From the IMG/VR virus record IMGVR_UViG_3300027908_000011, positions 1-44,316 of that record: a stretch of DNA of 44,316 bases; one strand, written 5' to 3'. A model generated the notes under the pieces. It did not search any database, had not been told where the DNA came from, and saw only the letters and a program-made list of their open reading frames with translations. Positions 1 to 5,268 of the stretch are shown here, one piece after another. A program made the position numbers and the translations under genes. Source of the stretch: a virus. Numbering within the stretch: position 1 is the first letter of the stretch; every line of letters starts with the position of its first letter.

Positions 1-86
1 TTCCTTCTTCTTCGCGGCCTTGCGGACGCGGCGGCGGTATTCGCGCCAGTACTTGGCACGCGGGTGGGTGCTGCTCAGTTGGTTGC
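1..86. repeat. Left copy of an exact 86-bp terminal direct repeat (assembly overlap of a circular or permuted genome, or short terminal redundancy)
   Basis: nt 1-86 read identically at 44231-44316. The alignment was done by hand and cross-checked against ORF-track start and stop positions at both ends. Confidence 0.85.
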
Positions 87-96
87 GGGCGGCCAT
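1..96 (-). CDS. N-terminal 32 codons of a 35-aa very basic ORF that crosses the window junction (MAARNQLSSTHPRAKYWREYRRRVRKAAKKKEGKP)
   Basis: The ATG at 96-94 overlaps the TGA of the 96..317 ORF (TGATG). The frame runs through nt 1 and continues at 44230..44219, where its TGA overlaps the ATG of the 43875..44222 ORF (ATGA). Confidence 0.35.
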   Translation of the reverse strand, partial: MAARNQLSSTHPRAKYWREYRRRVRKAAKKKE

Positions 97-317
97 CAGG
101 GTGCCTTTTGGACTTCGATGTCGGCCTGCGGGTCGATGGACAGTCCGATCGCCAGCAGGTTCCTGCCGCCGGGTCCGCCGCCGAACTTGAGCGGATGCAC
201 GCCGACCACGGGATACGTCAGCAGCTTCTCGGTCTGATCGTCAAAGAACACCACGTTCACGTCGCCCTGCAGCGAGAGCGCGGCCCGCAGGTTGTCGATG
301 AGCTGGGACGCTTTCAT
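96..317 (-). CDS. hypothetical protein, 73 aa
   Basis: ORF-track entry with non-repetitive, protein-like sequence. It sits in the minus-strand gene chain and is start/stop coupled to its neighbour. Confidence 0.55.
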   Translation of the reverse strand: MKASQLIDNLRAALSLQGDVNVVFFDDQTEKLLTYPVVGVHPLKFGGGPGGRNLLAIGLSIDPQADIEVQKAP

Positions 318-335
318 GCCCGCACTGTGAACATG

Positions 336-641
336 TCAGGCCGGCGCGCAAGGACTATTCAGAGGGCGACGGGTGGGCTTGACGGGCGCATCGTCCTTCT
401 GGATGGCCACGCTGATGCCGCGGTACACCCGCCGGCCCTGTGCGTCTTGCAGGCGCAGGTTGCGCGGTCGACCGTCGGTCTCCAGGCACGCCCACGCCTG
501 TCTGGGCATCGTGAACACTGAATCGGCCGGCGTCGCTCGGTTCTGCATGATCATCGCGTTCAGGATCTGGATGATCGGGAACTGCGACTGGTAATCACAG
601 CACGCCATGGTGCGGCCAGCGGTCATCAGGGTGATCATCAT
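336..641 (-). CDS. hypothetical protein, 101 aa (several alternative Met starts)
   Basis: ORF-track entry that starts 5 nt downstream of the 3' end of the last tRNA and ends 18 nt before the next ORF. Confidence 0.45.
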   Translation of the reverse strand: MMITLMTAGRTMACCDYQSQFPIIQILNAMIMQNRATPADSVFTMPRQAWACLETDGRPRNLRLQDAQGRRVYRGISVAIQKDDAPVKPTRRPLNSPCAPA

Positions 642-645
642 GATG

Positions 646-725
646 TGGTGCTGTCAGATGGAGTCGAACCACCAACCCGCGGTTGGTTTACGATACCGCC
701 GCTCTGCCGGTTGAGCTATGACAGC
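646..725 (-). tRNA. tRNA-Thr(CGU)-like, 80 nt, with a 4-nt tandem duplication (AACC AACC) in the 3' side of the anticodon arm; possibly a pseudo-tRNA
   Basis: Reverse complement is GCTGTCA TA GCTC AACCGGCA GAGC G GCGGT ATCGTAAACCA ACCGC GGGTT GGTGG TTCGACT CCATC TGACAGC ACCA. Acceptor, D and T arms are canonical and CCA is encoded. The anticodon stem GCGGT/ACCGC encloses an 11-nt loop. Removing one AACC restores a canonical 7-nt loop ATCGTAA with anticodon CGT. Confidence 0.7.
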
Positions 726-770
726 GTGGTCTGTCGACGACGATCCCCGCCTACCCTTGGGAAAGAACAA

Positions 771-798
771 CCCCCACGGCCTGACAGCACCGTGGGGG
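771..798 (-). terminator. GC-rich hairpin (9-bp stem, 10-nt loop) followed on the minus strand by TTGTTCTTT; intrinsic-terminator-like or RNA-processing element inside the tRNA array
   Basis: The sequence cccccacgg-cctgacagca-ccgtggggg lies between tRNA-Met and the Thr-like tRNA. The loop contains an 11-nt inverted copy (781-791) of the Thr-like tRNA 3' end (647-657). Confidence 0.4.
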
Positions 799-812
799 CG
801 TTCGCGCGCGTT

Positions 813-887
813 TGGTTGCAGCGGTGGGAGTCGCACCCACTTTCTCCTGGTTATGAGCCAGGCGTCTTACTGGTTGACTTCGCTGCG
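813..887 (-). tRNA. tRNA-Met(CAU), initiator-like (C1xA72 mismatch), 75 nt
   Basis: Reverse complement is CGCAGCG AA GTC AACCAGTAA GAC G CCTGG CTCATAA CCAGG AGAAA GTGGG TGCGACT CCCAC CGCTGCA ACCA. The 3' end ...GCAACCA and the unpaired 1:72 position resemble bacterial tRNA-fMet. Only 2 of the 3 hallmark G:C pairs are present in the anticodon stem, and the T-loop TGCGACT is atypical. Confidence 0.7.
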
Positions 888-983
888 GTGACCGGGAAAG
901 AACGTGCCTGGAGTAGCGGTGGCGCGCAGGCTGGCCACAGGAGACTGGAGTGTGGGGCGTGAACACCCGGTGTCAAGTGGGAT

Positions 984-1074
984 TGGACAGGGCTGGAATC
1001 GAACCAGCGGTGTTACTCGTAAGAGAGCGGATTTACAGTCCGCCGCGGCACAACCAGCAGCGCGCCTCCTGTCC
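984..1074 (-). tRNA. tRNA-Tyr(GUA), class II (long variable arm), about 91 nt, CCA not encoded
   Basis: Acceptor is GGACAGG/CCTGTCC. Anticodon arm is GCGGA CTGTAAA TCCGC. The long variable region contains CTC-TTAC-GAG. T arm is GCTGG TTCGATT CCAGC. The D arm is less clear. Confidence 0.75.
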
Positions 1075-1077
1075 GTG

Positions 1078-1154
1078 TGGTACCCAGCCTGGGAGTCGAA
1101 CCCAGAAGCTCTCCGTTCTGAGCGGAGCGAGTTTGCCAGTTCCTCTAGCCGGGC
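1078..1154 (-). tRNA. tRNA with anticodon CAG (nominally Leu) but a short 5-nt variable loop, 77 nt
   Basis: Reverse complement is GCCCGGC TA GAGGAACTGGCAAACTC G CTCCG CTCAGAA CGGAG AGCTT CTGGG TTCGACT CCCAG GCTGGGT ACCA. The acceptor has two G.U pairs, the discriminator is A73 and CCA is encoded. Confidence 0.7.
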
Positions 1155-1162
1155 ACGATCGA

Positions 1163-1250
1163 TGGCGGAAGCCGGACGAGTTCAACGCCAGTCCCCGAGA
1201 GGACCGCACCCGCTAGCAACGGGGCTCGACGGCTTGTCGATTCAGCTTCC
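1163..1250 (-). tRNA. tRNA-Ser(GCU)-like, class II, 88 nt, degenerate T arm
   Basis: Acceptor is GGAAGCT/GGCTTCC, then G and CCA. Anticodon arm is CCCCG TTGCTAG CGGGT. The variable arm is GTCC-TCTCG-GGAC. The T-loop reads TTGAACT, so the usual C56 is replaced by G. Confidence 0.6.
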
Positions 1251-1340
1251 TGGCGGAATGCGGAGGATTCGAACCCCTGTCCCGAAGGACTCACCGGTTT
1301 TCGAGACCGGGGCCACCACCAGCGGTGACTACGCCATTCC
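1251..1340 (-). tRNA. tRNA-Ser(CGA), class II, about 90 nt
   Basis: Anticodon arm is CCGGT CTCGAAA ACCGG. The variable arm is GTCC-TTCG-GGAC. T arm is GGGG TTCGAAT CCTC, and the 3' end is GCATTCC G CCA. The 7th acceptor pair is mismatched and the D arm is atypical. It abuts the previous tRNA with no spacer. Confidence 0.65.
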
Positions 1341-1678
1341 TAGAAGTCGGCTCAATCGGTATCGACCCGAGAGCGGACTAGATGAGGAGGTGAGCGTGTG
1401 GCGCATGACAGGACTCTGGCGAGATTCAGAAAAAATCAAGGGCGGGACGAGGGTGGGGAGATTTTGAAAAATGGGGGAGGGGCCCGGCGGCGGCTGGCGT
1501 TTCGATTCCCCGGGGTCGATCCTGGCGAGAGGGGGCGGGTGCGGGATCTCCCACCGCGTGCCCCCTGCAGGGCCTGGGCGCGCCGGCGCCACCGCCACTG
1601 TGCGCACCACAGCAGCGCGTGCGCCAGCCTGTCAGCACTGACGCGACGATGAACCATAAGATATATTATCAGACATTG

Positions 1679-2221
1679 CTACTGACCGTCCTGGCGGACA
1701 GTCTCGGACTGACCGTCAGTGGGTACACTGTCCGCTTTCGGTTGCAGTCCATCAGTGGGTAGCCCAGTGCTGACGATGATCGGTCCGCCCGCGGCTCCAG
1801 TGTGCTCGATGCGTGCATGATCGCCGTAGATTCGCGGTGCAATCTTGCTTGCGCGCCAGCGATAGTGGTGCGCCAGTTCGCGCGCCTTCGATAGCTCGAA
1901 CGCATCGCGTGATCCCGCAAGCAGCAGCTCACACCGTTCATCCCACACGATTGCAGCCTCTGAGCGACACTCGCGCATGCGTGCGGATCTGCCAGGGTCA
2001 GCAAGTATCCAGTGCAATAGCTGACTGAGGTCAATCTTTAGCAGTTCAGCGTACTGGATCAGCGTCGAGCCATTCAGCAGCACGTCGCACACGCCCTCAA
2101 TGCCCACAGCGTCGAGCTTGCTGTTTGCATCGTCCTGCGACGTTCTGAAGCGCCTGGCGGGCTGCACCGTGAGCTTGCGCCGACCGTTCGGCTTGGCACT
2201 GACAGTCATGTGTCCAGTCAT
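1679..2221 (-). CDS. terS: terminase small subunit (HTH-type, Terminase_5-like)
   Basis: Pattern by eye: VCDVLLNGSTLIQYAELLKIDLSQLLHWILADP...RMRE...A (an HTH plus acidic helix), followed by RWRASKIAPRIYGD, which matches the K(L/I)aPkkYGD signature of this TerS family. It is the first gene of the leftward arm. The start is uncertain (TTG 2230, ATG 2221 or ATG 2209). Confidence 0.6.
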   Translation of the reverse strand: MTGHMTVSAKPNGRRKLTVQPARRFRTSQDDANSKLDAVGIEGVCDVLLNGSTLIQYAELLKIDLSQLLHWILADPGRSARMRECRSEAAIVWDERCELLLAGSRDAFELSKARELAHHYRWRASKIAPRIYGDHARIEHTGAAGGPIIVSTGLPTDGLQPKADSVPTDGQSETVRQDGQ

Positions 2222-2273
2222 GCGGACCAAGCCTAACCCATTGCCCCCAGCGCGTCAACGCATGCCAGCACAT

Positions 2274-2292
2274 GGTGACAATTTTTGTCACC
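2274..2292. promoter_or_regulatory. Perfect 19-bp palindrome GGTGACAA-TTT-TTGTCACC (operator-like)
   Basis: Read directly. It lies about 45-60 bp upstream of the terS start candidates. Confidence 0.6.
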
Positions 2293-2322
2293 GATCACAC
2301 AGCGCTCCGTAAGTATAGTCTA

Positions 2323-2337
2323 TGACAATACTTGTCA
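2323..2337. promoter_or_regulatory. Second palindrome TGACAA-TAC-TTGTCA sharing the same half-site
   Basis: Read directly. It overlaps the first 22-bp repeat unit. On the minus strand a TATACT -10-like hexamer lies at 2312-2317, with GTGACA 15 nt upstream. Confidence 0.5.
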
Positions 2338-2374
2338 CTTGAGACTGCGGAACTTGTCACTTGAGACTGCGGAA
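2331..2374. repeat. Two perfect tandem 22-bp repeats CTTGTCACTTGAGACTGCGGAA
   Basis: 2331-2352 equals 2353-2374. Each unit carries the TTGTCAC half-site and a GAGACTG motif. GAGACTG recurs as an inverted pair in the hairpin at 2507-2528. Confidence 0.85.
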
Positions 2375-2613
2375 TATCGCGATAGCATCAGCGACGACAG
2401 TGCGCGCGAGGTTGGGGATCAATAAGTGTACTCGCACGTACTTATTTACTATACACCGTCATACTTCCACTGTGCGCGCTGCCTGCGCAGCTTGCTTGCG
2501 GCTGTCCAGTCTCGCGGGGCCGAGACTGACCAGCTCGCTGTATTGGACAGTCAACGTTGAACAACGATAATCACTGTTTTTACCGTGGTTTCTACTGATT
2601 TGACTGATTGTGT

Positions 2614-2642
2614 TTGACAGACACCGCTCTGTGTTGTACTCG
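2614..2642 (+). promoter_or_regulatory. Candidate rightward promoter (consensus -35 TTGACA, weak -10)
   Basis: TTGACA is at 2614-2619. After a 17-nt spacer comes TACTCG, and TGTACT is an alternative with a 15-nt spacer. A related TTGACT lies at 2600-2605. All of this is about 50-90 nt upstream of the ATG at 2692. Confidence 0.3.
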
Positions 2643-2691
2643 TGCCGCAGGCATTCGTCATTCACCCACACCGATCCCGAAAGGATCTACC

Positions 2692-2931
2692 ATGATTCAC
2701 CTCTCCCCCCTCGGCGCCAACCTGACTCAAGTATAGCTCAACGGCGCCAACCTGATATTCAGCTACAAGACTCTGGTTGCGCTGGAGACTCGCAACGGTG
2801 ACCGCTTTCAGACGTCGCAGAAGTACAGCAACACGACGACTAAGCATATCACTGTCGCTGGCTACAAGAGCGCGCAGAAGGTCGACCAGAGCACCCTGGA
2901 AGCCATGGCGGCCGGCATCACGGAGAGCGCA
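2692..2931 (+). pseudogene. Small conserved-looking ORF interrupted by one in-frame TAG (codon 15)
   Basis: AAGGA lies 6 nt before the ATG at 2692. The reading is MIHLSPLGANLTQV-TAG(2734)-LNGANLIFSYKTLVALETRNGDRFQTSQKYSNTTTKHITVAGYKSAQKVDQSTLEAMAAGITESA-TGA(2929). There is no ATG/GTG/TTG between the TAG and the conserved part. GGCGCCAACCTGA occurs on both sides of the TAG, 30 nt apart. Confidence 0.5.
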
Positions 2932-3026
2932 TGACCCTCCGCGCCACCCTCCTGCTGATCGAAGTGATCAGCGCTAACGGTTTCGAGATAGCCCCTCCCC
3001 CCTCTCTCTCCCTGGAAGGATAGACC

Positions 3027-4319
3027 GTGAACCTCCCCGTCACACTCCCCGAACCTGAGACAGCGCCGGCCGCGCCGGTTGTCTCTGAGCGCAAGCTTGC
3101 TGGACTGGCCAAGGCGCGCGCCGCGCTGGAAGCCCGTAGAGCGGCCGACAAGGCCGCCGGCATCGTCAGACCCCGCGCAGTGTCAAAGCCCGTCAGCGAG
3201 GCTCCTGCGGCCCCTGCTGTCGTCCCTGATGCTGCGCCTGTCGTCGCGGCTCCCGCCCTCGCTGTGCTGGACCCTCAGCTTGCGACGTTCGCTGGCCAGC
3301 TTCAAGCCATGCTCGGCCTGGCCGCCCGTCAGACGCGCGTGGACGACGTCAAGAGCATCCTCGCCGAACTGTGCCCCGCCCTAATTAATACCGTACACGC
3401 TGCTGTCTGCGCCAAGCCCGAACTGGTGAACGTGCGCAACGTCGCTGAGACTGCCGCGCGCCGTGCCACCGCTGACGAAGTCTCCAAGCACGTCCAGCCC
3501 CGCACCCTGGACGTCCGCATCCACGACAAGGTCCGGTCAGTGGACAGTCCGCATCCCAGTCTGCCCGAACTGTTGAAGCTGTCCCAGGCGATCCCCAACG
3601 TCTGGCTGTGCGGCCCCGCCGGCTCGGGCAAAACCACGCTCGCCCACCAGCTCGCCACTGCGCTCGGCCGTGACTTCGGTTTCCTGTCCTGCACTGCCGG
3701 CATGTCTGAATCTAAGCTACTCGGCCGTATGTCCGTCCACGGTGACTACCTCCGGTCAGACTTTGTCCGCATCTATGAGGAGGGCGGAGTGTTCCTGCTG
3801 GACGAGTTTGACGCTGCCGACGGCAACGTTGTGCTCGCCATCAATAGCGCACTCGCCAACGGCACCATGTCAGTCCCTGACAGAGTCTCGAATCAGAAAG
3901 CCAAGCGCCACGCGGATACGCTGATCATCGTCGCCACGAACACCTGGGGTCGCGGCTCAGACTCACAGTACACCGGCCGCGAAACGATCGACGCCGCCAC
4001 GCGCGACCGCTTCACCCTGTCCAAGCTCTGGATCGACTACGCACACGGCATCGAAGCGCAGTGCCTGGGACACTTCGTCAAGCCGGAATCCGCCGTGAAA
4101 CCGTTCAATGCGCCGTCAGTCTCGAACCTCGGCGCCGCGTTCGCTGTCATCCGCTCCAACATCTCCAAGCACAACTTGCGGCGCATCCTGTCCACGCGCG
4201 CCTACGCGCAGGCTGCTGCACTGCGCGCCATCGGACTGTCGGACCGTGACATCCTGTCGCGCTACTTCATCGATTGGTCAGAGACTGAGCGCACGAAAGC
4301 CTTGGAAGGGGTTGCGTGA
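3027..4319 (+). CDS. AAA_5-type (MoxR/CobS/dynein-related) ATPase with an Ala/Pro-rich N-terminal extension of about 190 aa
   Basis: Walker A is GPAGSGKT (codons from 3612). Walker B is VFLLDEFD. Sensor-1-like IIVATNT and R-finger-like ATRDRF are also present. The core is monomeric in size, about 240 aa. Confidence 0.8.
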   Translation: MNLPVTLPEPETAPAAPVVSERKLAGLAKARAALEARRAADKAAGIVRPRAVSKPVSEAPAAPAVVPDAAPVVAAPALAVLDPQLATFAGQLQAMLGLAARQTRVDDVKSILAELCPALINTVHAAVCAKPELVNVRNVAETAARRATADEVSKHVQPRTLDVRIHDKVRSVDSPHPSLPELLKLSQAIPNVWLCGPAGSGKTTLAHQLATALGRDFGFLSCTAGMSESKLLGRMSVHGDYLRSDFVRIYEEGGVFLLDEFDAADGNVVLAINSALANGTMSVPDRVSNQKAKRHADTLIIVATNTWGRGSDSQYTGRETIDAATRDRFTLSKLWIDYAHGIEAQCLGHFVKPESAVKPFNAPSVSNLGAAFAVIRSNISKHNLRRILSTRAYAQAAALRAIGLSDRDILSRYFIDWSETERTKALEGVA

Positions 4320-4323
4320 CGCC

Positions 4324-5268
4324 ATGGCAAAGACTCACACCCCCGGCCCTATCGACGCTGACGTCCACGAGTCAGTCCGCGGACTGCGCGACCTGTCCGA
4401 ACGTCACGAAATCCGCAAGCCGGACGGCAGCCTGGACAAACTCCTGTACACCGTGAGCCGCGACAATTTCCTGTCGCTGTCTCCCGCGTGCGAGGGGCGC
4501 GGTTCCGCGCGCTCAAACAAAGCCTGGGTCTTCGGCTCACCGGGCAGCGCGTCCGCTCTGATCCAATCACTGACCGGCGGACAGCCAACCGCGTCAGTGT
4601 GGGCAGCGTACCAGCGCATCAAAGCGTCCGCGCGGTTTGACGAGGTAGCGGACGCGACCATCCAGCGGCGCCGCCGCCGTGTCTTCTCTGACAACGGTTG
4701 CGAAGCGGATGGCGCACGCTGGCTCGCTGGCGATCCTGAGCACTGGGCATCCATGCGGCGCGTCGGCCGCGTCCAGTCTATCACCCTTGGCATGCAACTC
4801 GGCCTGTCGTGCGGCAATGGCGAGGATGACTTCGCCGAAAACACTGCAACGTGCGTCGTCCTGGCGGAATCTCTGATCAGTGCTGGATACGCTGTCAGAC
4901 TGGTAGTCATGAACACGTCGTACAACCTGATCAGCGGCGCGTCTGAGACAGGCTGGATCGTCAACGCTGTAGACTTTGGCCAGCCCATCGACGAGGCGGC
5001 CATCCTGTCATGGGGAACCCCGGGCGTGTGCCGCTGGCACGCTTTCGAATACGCACACGCCTTGTTTAGCGGGGACGGTCGTGTGTCGTCCACGTACGGA
5101 TACTGCTACGAAACGTCCGCCGCCATGCTCAAGCTTGCCGGCATCGACCTACTGGTTGCCAAGCAATGGGACAAAGAGAAGGGCGAGCAGAAAGACTACC
5201 TCTCCCGCCTGCGCGACAAAGCTGCCGCCATCATCGCCAGCGGGGAGAGCAACGGGGGTGCGCCATGA
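4324..5268 (+). CDS. hypothetical protein, 314 aa; possible MIDAS-less vWA/Rossmann-like partner of the ATPase
   Basis: The ATG is 4 nt after the ATPase stop. The segment VQSITLGMQLGLSCGNGEDDF...TATCVVLAESLISAGYAVRLVVMN resembles the beta1-loop-alpha1-beta2 of vWA domains, but the DxSxS motif is replaced. This is a weak assignment made by eye. Confidence 0.7.
   Translation: MAKTHTPGPIDADVHESVRGLRDLSERHEIRKPDGSLDKLLYTVSRDNFLSLSPACEGRGSARSNKAWVFGSPGSASALIQSLTGGQPTASVWAAYQRIKASARFDEVADATIQRRRRRVFSDNGCEADGARWLAGDPEHWASMRRVGRVQSITLGMQLGLSCGNGEDDFAENTATCVVLAESLISAGYAVRLVVMNTSYNLISGASETGWIVNAVDFGQPIDEAAILSWGTPGVCRWHAFEYAHALFSGDGRVSSTYGYCYETSAAMLKLAGIDLLVAKQWDKEKGEQKDYLSRLRDKAAAIIASGESNGGAP

Noticed and set aside
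888-983. An additional tRNA or structured RNA in the 96-nt gap between tRNA-Met and tRNA-Tyr, and another in 1341..1678 between tRNA-Ser and terS.
   Set aside because: No acceptor/T-arm pairing could be built. Only small hairpins (for example GGGTG-TTCA-CGCCC near 960-975) and two imperfect A-rich direct repeats (GAGATTCAGAAAAAATCAAGGG and GAGATTTTGAAAAATGGGGG at about 1421-1480) were seen, and their significance is unclear.
645-1467. Plus-strand ORFs 645..962, 904..1467 and 950..1216, and minus-strand ORFs 654..836 and 751..966, lying across the tRNA region.
   Set aside because: They overlap six cloverleaf-forming tRNA genes and have Arg/Pro/Ser-rich compositions that do not look like real protein.
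2459-2671. Minus-strand 70-aa ORF in the control region as a possible Cro/repressor-like gene. The plus-strand ORF 2361..2570 was considered as well.
   Set aside because: It has a GTG start with poor RBS spacing, no recognisable HTH, and overlaps the best rightward -35 element and several hairpins. It is kept only as a remote possibility.
2734-2736. Genome-wide TAG reassignment or a phage suppressor tRNA. The idea was prompted by the in-frame TAG at 2734, by TAG followed by an in-frame ORF after the 87-aa gene, the portal gene (38926) and the 221-aa gene (29960), and by the presence of a tRNA array.
   Set aside because: None of the six tRNAs has a CUA, UUA or UCA anticodon. TAG terminates the portal, nozzle and 221-aa genes at sensible positions, and for the nozzle gene the next gene is in a different frame. 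Same-frame neighbours occur at a rate compatible with chance.
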